NCBI GenBank assembly: GCA_002293825.1
Contig: DBDW01000008.1
Location: 9,430-73,429, forward strand
Reading direction: 5' to 3'
From: Candidatus Magasanikbacteria bacterium UBA922
GTDB lineage: Bacteria; Patescibacteriota; Patescibacteriia; Magasanikbacterales; UBA922
DNA: 64,000 bases
Position numbers and translations under genes: made by a program. The notes below the pieces were generated by a model. The model was not told the DNA's origin and made no database searches. It worked only from the letters and a program-made list of their open reading frames with translations. Positions 28,253 to 39,147 of the stretch are shown here, piece by piece. Every line of letters starts with the position of its first letter. The first letter of the stretch is position 1.

Positions 28253-31111
28253 TTAATTACACACCGCAGTATTGAGTGCTTCTCGTGTTTTCGGACCGAT
28301 ATGACCCACCTGCTCTATTCCTGCATTTTTTTGAAAACGAAGTACTGCGTCTCTCGTAAGCGGACCGAAAAATCCAGTTGCTGGATGTGAAAGATATGAT
28401 GCTTTTCCGAGCATTGTCTGAGCAGTTTTTACCACATCGCCACTCATACCATAGGACAATGTTTGTTCAGTCTTGAGACATGTCCCTGTGTGCGTCTGTT
28501 CAGAAGATACATGAGATTCAGATTGCTCTTTGCTATGTGCACACGCAGATTCGTGTATGTTTTTAATCTTTGCGAGACTCGTAGTATAGACATATCCGGT
28601 GCCACTGGTAATTCCCCACGGAGTCAATATTTCTGAAGCGTGTTTTTCTTGCCAACGAATTACCGCTTGTACATCACGCTCTTCGTAAACGCCATTGATC
28701 GGTAGATTTGCATTTTCATATGTGTTCAAAAATTTTTCAAGTAATTTCACATCATCCGCATTATTAGATGCACCAAATTTCACCGGTCGATTCAAATATA
28801 CCACAGCTTCACATGCTAATGCTGGTGGTGGAGTAGCCACAGATCCCTCTACGAGCATGATCGTGTCAGAGCTGACACTGGTACCACCTTCTGCAGATCT
28901 GAGCTTGATATACACGGTCTTTGTACCCGTGCCCATACTCAGCGTGTACGGATACGTCGGTGCAAATGACACAAAGGTAGCGTTCTCAAATTCAGGATTG
29001 TCACTCACTGCCATCTGGGTGGCATTAGTTGCAGAAATATATAACGTAACATTTCTTTCGATAGTTTCAGACGCACCATTATTGATCACAAACTCACTTA
29101 CCCGAGGAGCACGTGGTGCAGTAAACCCTCCTCCACTTTTCTCATTACCAAACAGTGCAAAAATCGAAAACCCGTTCGTGGTACATGTAATCGTATTGAT
29201 ATTCTGAGCAACTACACAATTATCGAGTTTTCGCCACCCACTATGATGATAGTTATAGAGCACGAGTGAATTTTCATTCAAATTTGCGATATCTTCATCA
29301 GAATATGTATATACAATCGTTACCGGCACATCAAACGAATCCAAAATAATTGAATCATTGATAATCGCCTTTACATCAAATACTTTTACCCCTACCGATG
29401 TTTTGGTTCTATCTGGCATCCCAATACTGGGCAACACCGTGTCACTCTGTATCGTATTAATCTGCACCACAAGACTATCGGCGCTCGATGTCACATTGCT
29501 CGGAACTTGTACCTCGATAACTGTCTGATCTACCACCAAGCTTGACGTACCACCAGAAGCCACTGTTACGACCGTAGACGTGGTATTCGCCTCAGACGGC
29601 GTTCCTTCACATCCACTGGTCATAAAACTTCTCAGTGAGGAAGTAGACATATTACTCGACGCATCGCTCGATTCTACTCTATACGAATAGACCGTACATG
29701 GTAGTAGTGATGATACCTGCACTTCGTGAGACAAGACACGTGGAGCAATATCAAATTCGGTCGTACTTACCGAAGCACTCTGAGAAACTCCGTACCACAC
29801 TCTACTTGACGCTAATTCATTGGTAGCCCAAGAAATCGTACTCGTAGTTCGTCCTGGAGTCGATGTGACTGAGGTAATCACCGGAGCAGTAAAATCTCCT
29901 GTGGTAAAATTCCATGCTGTAGGACTCGAAATACCTGCATATGCCACTGCCGAAAGATTTTGAAATGCTGTTGAGGAAACCAATACATAGTACCCTGTCT
30001 GTTCTTCAAATATAACAGATGGATTGATCGTAATGGTGTTAGATCCACTGCCAGACACTTGTGTACTTGTTACTGAAATTTGCTCCACGAGACTATTATC
30101 TGATGTTTTTCGAATTTCGATATATCCGGTGCTCGTAACTACGGTACTACTAAAGGTCATTACCAAATTTGGCTCGAGAGTAATACCTGTCGCATTATCT
30201 GCAGGTGTACGCGTGTTCAATACAGGTGCCTGTATCGTAGTAATTGAAACATTTGCCGCAGAAATACTTGGAAGATTTCCCGATGTACCAAATTCAACTA
30301 CATATCCAGAAAGCACAAAATCACACGGCAGATCATTCCACGTCCCATTGGTCACATAGAACTGCCCACAATCTTCTCCGGTTCCAAAATCATTAGGTTC
30401 TGAATCTGCCCAATTATCATAATTTCCTCCTATTAGAGTTCCATTTTCAGGACCACTCACCCATCGCCACACTCCTTCCTGCGCTGCATCACTCGCACCC
30501 ATCCACCCATCACCCTGCAATCGATCTGCCACAAATTCATTTTCTGCTTGAGACATAATCGTAGCCAAATATCCAGGCACTCCATATGCGGTCTGATTCT
30601 GAGCTGCTGTCACTGCACTATTCCACGAAATTGCTCCTGAAATAAATTTATACAAATGGCCATTGTCTGCAAAAAATACTTCTCCTTGTTGTACTAGTGA
30701 AATTTCAAGTGTATCAGTACCTACATTATTGCGTGTATACATGAGCGTCTGCAATGCAGCATTGATATCTGCCACCGTACCACTAAAATTGAGTGTGGAA
30801 CCAGACTGCCCACCAGTAAAGGTAAGTCCTGTGGTCGAACCAAACGAGAGCGTACCATTACTTACCAATAATTTCACCGGTGTAGTTGATGCACTATTGC
30901 CCACCAATTGTATATCACTAATCAAAGTTGCAGTGCTCATCGTCGTCGTCACGCCGACCGGATTATTTATGGTAATAGTCCCATTGGCGTCCACAGGTGC
31001 AGCTTGACTAAACAGTGTTGCAAAAAACGCAATCCCGATTATGAGACTGAATAGATAATACGGATTTCTGAAAGATTTCATAAGTAAAAAAAATTTTTTA
31101 TAGTATATCAT
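28253..31111 (-). CDS. large cell-surface protein with Ig/Fn3-like domains, a C-type lectin-like domain and a C-terminal peptidoglycan-binding domain
   Basis: N-terminal TM/signal. Lectin-like segment GDGWMGASDAAQEGVWRWV...EPNDFGTGEDCGQF...WNDLPCD. The C-terminal roughly 60 aa match PG_binding_1 (LSYGMSGDVVKTAQTML....GFFGPLTRDAVLRFQ). Confidence 0.65.
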   Translation of the reverse strand: MIYYKKFFLLMKSFRNPYYLFSLIIGIAFFATLFSQAAPVDANGTITINNPVGVTTTMSTATLISDIQLVGNSASTTPVKLLVSNGTLSFGSTTGLTFTGGQSGSTLNFSGTVADINAALQTLMYTRNNVGTDTLEISLVQQGEVFFADNGHLYKFISGAISWNSAVTAAQNQTAYGVPGYLATIMSQAENEFVADRLQGDGWMGASDAAQEGVWRWVSGPENGTLIGGNYDNWADSEPNDFGTGEDCGQFYVTNGTWNDLPCDFVLSGYVVEFGTSGNLPSISAANVSITTIQAPVLNTRTPADNATGITLEPNLVMTFSSTVVTSTGYIEIRKTSDNSLVEQISVTSTQVSGSGSNTITINPSVIFEEQTGYYVLVSSTAFQNLSAVAYAGISSPTAWNFTTGDFTAPVITSVTSTPGRTTSTISWATNELASSRVWYGVSQSASVSTTEFDIAPRVLSHEVQVSSLLPCTVYSYRVESSDASSNMSTSSLRSFMTSGCEGTPSEANTTSTVVTVASGGTSSLVVDQTVIEVQVPSNVTSSADSLVVQINTIQSDTVLPSIGMPDRTKTSVGVKVFDVKAIINDSIILDSFDVPVTIVYTYSDEDIANLNENSLVLYNYHHSGWRKLDNCVVAQNINTITCTTNGFSIFALFGNEKSGGGFTAPRAPRVSEFVINNGASETIERNVTLYISATNATQMAVSDNPEFENATFVSFAPTYPYTLSMGTGTKTVYIKLRSAEGGTSVSSDTIMLVEGSVATPPPALACEAVVYLNRPVKFGASNNADDVKLLEKFLNTYENANLPINGVYEERDVQAVIRWQEKHASEILTPWGITSGTGYVYTTSLAKIKNIHESACAHSKEQSESHVSSEQTHTGTCLKTEQTLSYGMSGDVVKTAQTMLGKASYLSHPATGFFGPLTRDAVLRFQKNAGIEQVGHIGPKTREALNTAVCN

Positions 31112-31134
31112 TCATTACTCAAAATTCAAAAGAC

Positions 31135-32814
31135 TCATGCGTTTCCAGCTAATTCCTGCTCTGCTCGCAATGAAGCAAGTGTGCGCTTATTCCACGCACG
31201 ATCTCGTAATATAGCTGCCATCCAATGTCCACCAAGTGCATGTGGCATCATCACAAAATCAGCACCATATTCATACAATAATCGTGTATCAGGAGCTTGG
31301 TAGCTATTCGCAATAATCAATACCTTGGCGTTTATTTTTTTCACATGCTTGATGAGATTGATCTGATCATCGATTGACGGAATCGTCATGACGATCATAG
31401 TACTCGATCCCAATGGTAATCCTTCCAAAAATTCAATATCAGCAATATCTCCGAAATAAAATGGCGTATTGTCAGCTCGAAGTTTTTTCACGACATGGGG
31501 ATCAAAATCTATCACCGCATGTCTCGTTTTCATCGCTCGCAATGTCTCTACTATTTTTCTACCAATTCGGTGATACCCTACCACCCAGACATCGTATTTT
31601 TTTACTGGCTTGGTGCTTTGTCTATATTTATCAGGACCAAACCATCGAAATACAGGAAGTAACCATTCATAGATTCTCTCACTATAGGTAATAAGATATG
31701 AAGACAAGAAAATTGTCGTAATCGCCACGACCGTAAAAATCGGAATCTCAGTACCCTGTATATGCCCAATTTGCCTCCCAGTAAATAATATAACAAAGCC
31801 AAATTCACTCACCTGTGCTGCAGTAAGCCCAGCCAGAAAACTGTTTCTCCGTGTAAATTTGCACCATCTAAACAAGATATATAAGACAATCGGATTACCA
31901 ATCAATATAAATAATGAAAGTATAATACCCGGCACGAACACCTCTGAAAAATTACTAAGCCCCATCTCGCTTCCCAATACAATAAAAAATAAGACCAAAA
32001 AGAAATCGCGAAGCGGCTTGATCCTACTCGCAATCTCGAGCTGATATGGAGACGAACTCAATGAAATACCTGCGATAATCGCTCCGATTTCCAATGAAAA
32101 TCCAGCCCAACGCAATAGACTGGCGGCACCAAAACACCATGCGAGTGTAAAAATAAATAACAATTCACTAGAATTCGATATTCTATCTAATACACGTGGA
32201 AGTACGTATTTGCTCAGACCCACAAACAAGACAATAATCGCACTGATTTTTGCTACCAACCACACAATCGTATTCGTAACACCGCCTCCCTCGGCATGCT
32301 GTATTGCAAACATCCCAAGCCCGATCATAATCAAGACTGCGATAATATCTTGCACGAGCATGAGCCCAATCGTATATCGTCCATAGGTAGTCTCAGTATC
32401 TTTCTTGTCACTCAACAATTTCATGATAATAATCGTACTCGAGAAGGTGATCGCTACTGCTACATACAGTGCTGAAAGCCAGCCAAATCCCAATATCCAT
32501 AAAATCAGGGTTCCAATACTTCCCGTAAATAAGACCTGTCCCACACCTGTAATCATTGACACTTTTCCAATAGATTTGAGATGTCTAAAATTCAAATTGA
32601 GTCCGATGATAAACAAGAGCAACACCACACCAAATTGTGCAAATGCCTGATACATGTGATGATCCCCTTCCAATAAATTCAATAACAATGGCCCACTTGC
32701 GATGCCTGCAAAAATATACGCGATAATCAATGGTTGTCGAAATAGCCTAACTACAAAAGCGATTACGGTCGTAATCGCCAAGAGCACACTGATTTGGATA
32801 AATACACTATCCAC
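31135..32814 (-). CDS. monovalent cation:proton antiporter (CPA2/Kef-like) with a C-terminal RCK/TrkA-N domain
   Basis: About 12 TM helices, then a Rossmann segment VWVVGYHRIGRKIVETL...AVIDFDP. Confidence 0.7.
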   Translation of the reverse strand: MDSVFIQISVLLAITTVIAFVVRLFRQPLIIAYIFAGIASGPLLLNLLEGDHHMYQAFAQFGVVLLLFIIGLNLNFRHLKSIGKVSMITGVGQVLFTGSIGTLILWILGFGWLSALYVAVAITFSSTIIIMKLLSDKKDTETTYGRYTIGLMLVQDIIAVLIMIGLGMFAIQHAEGGGVTNTIVWLVAKISAIIVLFVGLSKYVLPRVLDRISNSSELLFIFTLAWCFGAASLLRWAGFSLEIGAIIAGISLSSSPYQLEIASRIKPLRDFFLVLFFIVLGSEMGLSNFSEVFVPGIILSLFILIGNPIVLYILFRWCKFTRRNSFLAGLTAAQVSEFGFVILFTGRQIGHIQGTEIPIFTVVAITTIFLSSYLITYSERIYEWLLPVFRWFGPDKYRQSTKPVKKYDVWVVGYHRIGRKIVETLRAMKTRHAVIDFDPHVVKKLRADNTPFYFGDIADIEFLEGLPLGSSTMIVMTIPSIDDQINLIKHVKKINAKVLIIANSYQAPDTRLLYEYGADFVMMPHALGGHWMAAILRDRAWNKRTLASLRAEQELAGNA

Positions 32815-32890
32815 ACGATTCTAAATTATATTGTGATAGATAGTATATAAAAAAATTACCGTTCATGCAAAAAAAATCACGTGTTCCGCA

Positions 32891-33961
32891 TTATTCATTC
32901 TTGAATTCTCCAACGATTGCTTCGAGTATGTCATGAAAACTGATAATACCGACAAAGGCATTTGATGTTTTTTCTGTAATCAACACAATACTTACTGACG
33001 AACGTTTCAATCGCTCAATTGCTACCAATGACGGAACGTCTGCGTGAATATGCATGACCGGCTGCAATAATGACCGTACATCGAATTCTCCTTCTCCTGT
33101 ATCAAAGATATGTCGTAATACATCTTTTACCTCAATTGCACCCAAATTTCTCTCAAACGTTCCTTCACACACTGGAAATACTGATCGATCGCTCTTCTTT
33201 ATCTTCTGTTTAATTACTTCTACGGTATCGTGCACATCGATCCATACCACCTCGGTACTTGGTGTCATAAAATCTTTGATTGGTCTATTGCCGAGATGAA
33301 AAATACTCTCAACCATGTTTTGCTCAGACCGCTCGAATACTCCTGTCTCTGCTCCCTCGGCAATCAACAACTTGATCTCTTCTTCACTTACCACCTGCTC
33401 GACCGAGGGTCGGATACGCAATATTCTCAATACACCTGCCGTAGACGCACTCAATACTGCCACCAATGGTGTCGCCAGCTTCATCACCATCTTGATCGGT
33501 CCTGCTACTTGTAGCGCAATTTTTTCTGGATTTGATAATGCGATTTGTTTTGGTACCAATTCACCCACCACGAGCGACAAAAAGGTAATCGCAATCACGA
33601 CCACGATCACACTCACTGGCTCACTATATGCAGCAAGTACCGGAATATTCATGAGCCATTCCTCCATATATTCTGCTACGGTAGCCCCACCATACGCTCC
33701 AGCAAAAATACCAATCATCGTAATTCCGATCTGTACCGTGGAAAGCATTTCTGAGGATTTTCTCGTAAGAAACAATGCGTTTTCAGCTTTCGAATTCCCC
33801 TCTTTCACGAGATGTTTCAATCTGCTTTTTTTCACACTCAATAGTGCTATTTCAGAAAGCGAAAAATAGCCATTGAGGATAATCAAGACCAGTATTAGAA
33901 TTATTTCAATTGAAATTGAAGGCATAGTAGGATTACGCATTAAGGCTCTGCATTCTAGCAC
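32891..33961 (-). CDS. CNNM/CorC/HlyC-family protein (DUF21 plus a CBS pair)
   Basis: N-terminal 4-TM DUF21, then two CBS domains and a CorC_HlyC-like C-terminus. Confidence 0.7.
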   Translation of the reverse strand: MLECRALMRNPTMPSISIEIILILVLIILNGYFSLSEIALLSVKKSRLKHLVKEGNSKAENALFLTRKSSEMLSTVQIGITMIGIFAGAYGGATVAEYMEEWLMNIPVLAAYSEPVSVIVVVIAITFLSLVVGELVPKQIALSNPEKIALQVAGPIKMVMKLATPLVAVLSASTAGVLRILRIRPSVEQVVSEEEIKLLIAEGAETGVFERSEQNMVESIFHLGNRPIKDFMTPSTEVVWIDVHDTVEVIKQKIKKSDRSVFPVCEGTFERNLGAIEVKDVLRHIFDTGEGEFDVRSLLQPVMHIHADVPSLVAIERLKRSSVSIVLITEKTSNAFVGIISFHDILEAIVGEFKNE

Positions 33962-34004
33962 ACCATCGCCTGCAGTATCAAACGTGAATATATTTCACAC
34001 ACTC

Positions 34005-34715
34005 TCAGCCTTCCGTGGGTTTACGCCTTTTTTTCTGAGCACGTCTGCTCTCGTCTCTGATTACCGCGCCATCACGCAATTCTACAATACGATCCGTGAG
34101 CTCGGCATATTCCAATTCATGCGTCACCATGATAATCGTCTGTCCTGCGTGATTGAGGCGAATAAAGATATCCATAATCTCACGAGAACGTGCCGTATCT
34201 AGATTTGCCGTAGGTTCATCTGCAAAAATTATCTTGGGATTATGTGCAATTGCTCGTGCAATACTTACTCTCTGCTGCTCACCACCCGAGAGCTGACTCG
34301 GTAGATTGTGCAATCTGTGACCGAGCCCCACCTCTTCGAGCGTTTTTGCAGAAATACGATACGCCATTTTTTCCTTCTCACCCCGCATCAAGAGTGGTAA
34401 GACCACATTTTCTACGGCAGTTAATTCGGGAAGTAGTGCGTACTCTTGAAATATAAAACCAAAATTATTGAGTCTAAAATCTACTGTTTTTTGTGCATTC
34501 AACGTGGTCGTCGCGGTACCATCAATTTCGATTGAGCCACTGCTCGGCTGATCAAGTAAACTCAAAATATACATCAACGTACTCTTTCCCGCACCTGATC
34601 TGCCAATGATCGACACAAACTCTCCGGTCTGAACAGAAAAATCAATACCCTTTAAAATTACCATCTCTGATTCACCGTTATTAAATTTTTTTACAATATG
34701 TTTGGCACTCAACAT
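34005..34715 (-). CDS. ABC transporter ATP-binding protein (MacB/LolD-like)
   Basis: Walker A GRSGAGKST, signature LSGGEQQR and Walker B IIFADEPT. Confidence 0.85.
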   Translation of the reverse strand: MLSAKHIVKKFNNGESEMVILKGIDFSVQTGEFVSIIGRSGAGKSTLMYILSLLDQPSSGSIEIDGTATTTLNAQKTVDFRLNNFGFIFQEYALLPELTAVENVVLPLLMRGEKEKMAYRISAKTLEEVGLGHRLHNLPSQLSGGEQQRVSIARAIAHNPKIIFADEPTANLDTARSREIMDIFIRLNHAGQTIIMVTHELEYAELTDRIVELRDGAVIRDESRRAQKKRRKPTEG

Positions 34716-34717
34716 AG

Positions 34718-35971
34718 TTATCTACCTAATATAGAATCGAGCGTATTTTTTCTAATAATCATTTGAGCAGGAACAAATCCTGCGATGAGTGTGGTCACAA
34801 ATAACATACCCACTCTCCAGAGTGTTCCCCCTGTTGAGACAAACAAGACTCCATCGCTAAAAGGAAAATCGATCGGGTGTAACTCAAAATACGGCACCAA
34901 GAGACCGTACAAAATCATCAATCCAAATGCCGTACCTAAACACGCATAAAACACTGACTGAAAAAGATATGAGAATCGTATTGCACTACCACTGATTCCG
35001 ATCCCTTTCATAATACCAATAAACTTTTTGCGACTGATGGCATTGATAAAAATTACGATAAACACCGTAATTGATGCCACTCCCAAGCCGGTAGCACCGA
35101 TAATGTTTCCCAGTATCGCAAAGGTAGACGAAAGATCTTTGAAAAAACTCCCCTGCGCTTCTTCCCAGTTCTGTACAAGTGCACTGCTACTAATATTGCT
35201 ATTGACGATGTCATTTTTGACACGATCAGCGTCGATCGGTGGCTCGAGGTCTTTGAGTGAAATCGCAATTTCATTCGACTGGTCTGAATTGCGACCGAGT
35301 ATATTCCTCATCTGTTTTTGCGTCATGTATACTCGCTGCGCAATTTCGCTTGTCTTGGTATCTACGATTCCCTTCACCACCACCTCCTGGCTTGTATCTC
35401 CGACACTCAATCGTATATTACTTCCCACCTGCACCCCCTCAAGCGTACTCTCTCCCAATCCGATAGAATATTGTTCCAATAATCCACTCCCAATCAATAC
35501 TTCATTCGTATCAGTGTCTTCGAGATACGTACCCTCGACTACCAATTCTGAAAGACTCGTAACCGCATTCTCTATCTCAGGGTCAATCCCGGTCAAGAGA
35601 GATGATGCAACATCTCTCACTTTGTTCCCCGTAATAAGTCTCTTGTAATTTGCCTCGAGCTGTACGGGCTCGAGGTAGCGTACACTCACTGCATCTACGT
35701 CGGGCAAATTCGAAGCTACCTGATAAATATATCTACTATTATCAATAAATTTATATTCTGTATTCGGCTTGATAAAGACATCGCCTGAATAGTGTGTCCT
35801 AAAATCATTGCTCGATCCAGAAATCAATCCGACCAAAATTCCGCTAATCACGACAAGGTTTAGAAACGTTACCATCATGATGAAAATAATCAAAGCCGTG
35901 ATCCAATAACTCGATCGCTTGATCTGCCGATAGGCTAGAAAATATCCTACTTTTACGTTTAGAAAGCTCAT
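34718..35971 (-). CDS. ABC transporter permease (FtsX/MacB-like, 4 TM with a large periplasmic domain)
   Basis: N-terminal TM, a large extracytoplasmic domain, and a C-terminal FtsX-like 3-TM bundle with the conserved KRLVG-like motif (ISRKKFIGIMKGIG). Confidence 0.75.
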   Translation of the reverse strand: MSFLNVKVGYFLAYRQIKRSSYWITALIIFIMMVTFLNLVVISGILVGLISGSSNDFRTHYSGDVFIKPNTEYKFIDNSRYIYQVASNLPDVDAVSVRYLEPVQLEANYKRLITGNKVRDVASSLLTGIDPEIENAVTSLSELVVEGTYLEDTDTNEVLIGSGLLEQYSIGLGESTLEGVQVGSNIRLSVGDTSQEVVVKGIVDTKTSEIAQRVYMTQKQMRNILGRNSDQSNEIAISLKDLEPPIDADRVKNDIVNSNISSSALVQNWEEAQGSFFKDLSSTFAILGNIIGATGLGVASITVFIVIFINAISRKKFIGIMKGIGISGSAIRFSYLFQSVFYACLGTAFGLMILYGLLVPYFELHPIDFPFSDGVLFVSTGGTLWRVGMLFVTTLIAGFVPAQMIIRKNTLDSILGR

Positions 35972-36083
35972 GTATTTAATTCTTTTGATATAGCAAATAA
36001 ATATTTCCTACTGTAGTTATTGTACGTAACTAGAGAGATATGGTCAAACAAAAACCACCCGGAAGGGTGGTTTTGCGATAGTG

Positions 36084-36154
36084 CTCGGGGACAGGGATTC
36101 GAACCCCGATAGCTGGGACCAAAACCCAGAGTCCTACCATTAGACGATCCCCGA
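36084..36154 (-). tRNA. tRNA-Gln (anticodon TTG)
   Basis: Reverse complement TCGGGGATCGTCTAATGGTAGGACTCTGGGTTTTGGTCCCAGCTATCGGGGTTCGAATCCCTGTCCCCGAG. It matches the 6060..6130 tRNA outside the anticodon arm, apart from one T-loop base. Loop TTTTGGT gives anticodon TTG. Confidence 0.85.
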
Positions 36155-36370
36155 ATGTTTAAGAATGCTCATCTTTTCTTCACGTCCATAACCGGACTTC
36201 AAAAATAATTCACGTTTATAAGCTTCTTCCCTAGAAGCATATTCTTCAGTATGAATTACTTTTAATGGCCGATACCCCTTTGTCGATCTTGTTTTTCCTG
36301 CATTATGATCTTTGATTCGTTGCACCAAGTCAGACGTACGATCCTCGAATGTTTCATTCGTCATCCCCAT
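36140..36370 (-). pseudogene. N-terminally truncated GIY-YIG-like ORF overlapping tRNA-Gln, a probable degenerate copy
   Basis: It aligns with the C-terminal half of the 6116..6385 protein (LVQRIKDHNAGK..RPLKV...EEAYKRELFLKSGYGRE) and has the same HSGIV-stop overlap. The GIY/YIG hairpin region is missing and there is an in-frame stop upstream. Confidence 0.45.
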
Positions 36371-36457
36371 GAAACCTTTCCTCGACTTGATCAGGGAACG
36401 GGGATCTTAAAAACTTAATACCAGATTCCCACTTTCACAGGAATGACGCGAAGTCTC

Positions 36458-37363
36458 TTAGGTTCGCAGATACTTGCGCATTGCAAGTATGCTCGAGATA
36501 AACGTGAGAAGAAAGACTGCTCCGAACTGTATCCCAAGCAGGAAAAGTATATGTGAGGAGAAGTAATTTGTCAAGATATTCTGGGTCTCGAAAACTACAC
36601 TCATATAAGGGTCGATAAACCCGAGAGCAAACCATACCACCCCCACCGTAATCGCACTACTCACGATACTGAAAATGAGTGATTCGATAATATATGGTCC
36701 GCTAATAAACCAATTCGTAGCACCTACCAATCGCTTGATACCGATCTCCACGCGTTGCGTATAGATTGCTACACGAATCGTATTGAAGATAATTACAAAT
36801 GCAATAATCGCAAATAATCCTGTGAGCGCATAGGTAAATCGCTCCACCTGCTGTGTCACCATCTCGATTCGATTGATCGCTGTCTCTGTGTCTCCAAATG
36901 TCTTTGTCTCAATAATTTCATCATACTCAGGGACCGAAAGTGCTGTCATGATTTTCTCATAATCCCTCGGTTCACGTGTCTTCACAATGAGTGTTGAACC
37001 AAGCGGATTGGTACCTAGCTCTTCCAAAGATGCAATAATTTCGGTATTTGCAGCATACGTCTGCTTGAATCCTTCGAGTACTTCTTCACGAGTAAGATAG
37101 CGCTCCTCGGTCACCTCTGGAAGTCCTGCCACAAAATCTCGCACTTCCTGAATCTTTTCTTCAGGTGCCGCTGGATCAAAATAAATACTCACATCAATCT
37201 GATCTTTCACCGATGTGATCGATCGATCTGTAAGCACTTGTACAATAATGAGTGTATTGATCGAGAGGAGCATGAGTACGAGAATCAAGACTGTCATGAA
37301 TGACAGACTCATGTTCCGTACAATATCCTGAAAAGAAAATTTGATAATTCGTCCGAGTGACAT
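36458..37363 (-). CDS. ftsX: cell-division ABC permease FtsX
   Basis: Four-TM FtsX topology with a periplasmic domain, adjacent to ftsE. Confidence 0.8.
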   Translation of the reverse strand: MSLGRIIKFSFQDIVRNMSLSFMTVLILVLMLLSINTLIIVQVLTDRSITSVKDQIDVSIYFDPAAPEEKIQEVRDFVAGLPEVTEERYLTREEVLEGFKQTYAANTEIIASLEELGTNPLGSTLIVKTREPRDYEKIMTALSVPEYDEIIETKTFGDTETAINRIEMVTQQVERFTYALTGLFAIIAFVIIFNTIRVAIYTQRVEIGIKRLVGATNWFISGPYIIESLIFSIVSSAITVGVVWFALGFIDPYMSVVFETQNILTNYFSSHILFLLGIQFGAVFLLTFISSILAMRKYLRT

Positions 37364-37374
37364 AGCAAAAATAT

Positions 37375-38055
37375 TTATATGCGATATTTACCTTCACGCT
37401 CATCGCTTGCTATTTTTCCACCATGCAATACGACGACTCTACGACGAAGCTGATTCACAATCTCACGATTATGTGTCACCAAGACGATTGTGGTACCAAA
37501 TTCATTTATTTTTTTCAAAATCTCAATAATTTCTTGTGTATTGATGGAATCAAGATTACCCGTAGGCTCATCTGCTACGAGAATTTTCGGCCGATGTACG
37601 AGTGAACGTGCGATTGCCACACGCTGCTGTTCCCCACCCGAGAGTTGATGTGGATACCGATCAAATTTGTGTGACAAACCCACGATATCGAGCACACGTG
37701 GGACCACCTGTGTGATACGTGCACGACGCTCACCTGCGACCTCAAGTGCAAATGAGACATTTTCTTTCACCGTCTTCTTTGGAAGTAACTTGAAATCCTG
37801 AAATATTACACCGATTTGTCGTCGGAGTAATGGAACGTCTTGTGGTCCGATCTTGGTAATATCCCATCCGCCAATCTCAATAGAACCCGCATTTGGGCGT
37901 TCTTCTGCAATAAGCATTTTTACCAAGGTGGTCTTGCCGGTCCCGCTCTGCCCCACAATCGACACGAATTCTCCTGATTCAATATGCAGACTCACCTCAT
38001 TGAGTCCTACACTATCACGAGAATAAAATTTGCTAACATTTTTTAGAGTGATCAT
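37375..38055 (-). CDS. ftsE: cell-division ABC ATPase FtsE
   Basis: Walker [23 protein letters not shown] and DEPTGNLD. The start is probably MITLKNV. Confidence 0.85.
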   Translation of the reverse strand: MITLKNVSKFYSRDSVGLNEVSLHIESGEFVSIVGQSGTGKTTLVKMLIAEERPNAGSIEIGGWDITKIGPQDVPLLRRQIGVIFQDFKLLPKKTVKENVSFALEVAGERRARITQVVPRVLDIVGLSHKFDRYPHQLSGGEQQRVAIARSLVHRPKILVADEPTGNLDSINTQEIIEILKKINEFGTTIVLVTHNREIVNQLRRRVVVLHGGKIASDEREGKYRI

Positions 38056-38112
38056 AGATACTACACGACAAACATGTGTAGAGTATAGCACATCACCATA
38101 TACTGATACAAC

Positions 38113-38988
38113 TTATGACGTTGCAAGTATATCAACAATCGAATCAAGACGACCTTCCACTACCTGAGCAATCGTATAGACTAATGGAAATGAATCTGTC
38201 TCGCCCAACAAACTCACTACAACAGGAGCTGAAATCACTCCTTCACACACTAGTGGCTTCTCGCCTTTTGCAATATTTCTCCCTTCATTTCTATGTCTCG
38301 AATCCTCGCTCATACCAGTAGCAATAAAATCTCCCATACCCGCAATTGAATACGCAGTCTCCCTCACTCCTCCACACACTTCGATAATTCGCCCCATTTC
38401 TTCGACCACTTTTGTCGCATACCATCCGCGTGCATTGCTTCCCATACCGAGCTCATCGAGCATACCAAGACCAATCGCATATACATTTTTCAATACACCT
38501 GCAAGCACTGCTCCTCGCACATCATCTATTCGCTGTAATCGCACCCTACTTCCTGCAACAAGCGACATCATCGTCTGATACACATGATCATGCGAAGTTG
38601 CGATTGCTCCAAATGCATATTTTCCCTGTGCAATCTCGGGAGCTACCATTGGTCCGCCAAAAAATGCAAACATGTGATCTGGTAATACTTCGCTAAACAC
38701 GTGATCTACTGTTTTTCCCGTACCTTGTTCAAAACCTTTTGCCACCACAACCACGGGTGTTTCCACGCGAAGAACATGTCTAATCCTCTCAAGTGTTTCT
38801 CGTATCACCCATGAATGAATGCACAAAAAAATAATATCTGCCACAGCGACACGTTCTTCGAGCGAACCCATACCAGTACATCTACTCGGATCACGATCCC
38901 ACCACTCTACCGAATGTCCGACATTCCTAATCGTTTCTCCAACTGCAGAACCTATCTTCCCTCCACCAATAACGAGTACATGTTTCAT
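38113..38988 (-). CDS. gpsA: NAD(P)H-dependent glycerol-3-phosphate dehydrogenase
   Basis: N-terminal GGGKIGSA Rossmann motif and GpsA core motifs (GPMVAPEIA, LKNVYAIG). Confidence 0.75.
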   Translation of the reverse strand: MKHVLVIGGGKIGSAVGETIRNVGHSVEWWDRDPSRCTGMGSLEERVAVADIIFLCIHSWVIRETLERIRHVLRVETPVVVVAKGFEQGTGKTVDHVFSEVLPDHMFAFFGGPMVAPEIAQGKYAFGAIATSHDHVYQTMMSLVAGSRVRLQRIDDVRGAVLAGVLKNVYAIGLGMLDELGMGSNARGWYATKVVEEMGRIIEVCGGVRETAYSIAGMGDFIATGMSEDSRHRNEGRNIAKGEKPLVCEGVISAPVVVSLLGETDSFPLVYTIAQVVEGRLDSIVDILATS

Positions 38989-39073
38989 ATACATATGTAA
39001 AAAGACTACTTCTTAATGATATACCAAATAATATAGAACTACAAAAAATCACCCCACATGAGGTGATTATACT

Positions 39074-39147
39074 GAGCCGACATCGGGGATCGAACCCGAG
39101 ACCTACAGTTTACGATACTGTCGCTCTACCAGCTGAGCTATGTCGGC
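39074..39147 (-). tRNA. tRNA-Thr (anticodon CGT)
   Basis: Reverse complement GCCGACATAGCTCAGCTGGTAGAGCGACAGTATCGTAAACTGTAGGTCTCGGGTTCGATCCCCGATGTCGGCT. The loop ATCGTAA gives anticodon CGT. Confidence 0.85.

Noticed and set aside
28253-31111. Diversity-generating retroelement targeting the C-type lectin-like surface protein
   Set aside because: The lectin-like segment is internal rather than C-terminal. No reverse transcriptase ORF and no template-repeat copy with adenine-specific mismatches were found.
6060-36154. A classical integrase-mediated genomic island between the two tRNA-Gln genes
   Set aside because: No integrase, excisionase or transposase is present. The intervening genes are largely core envelope and translation functions with host-like composition.
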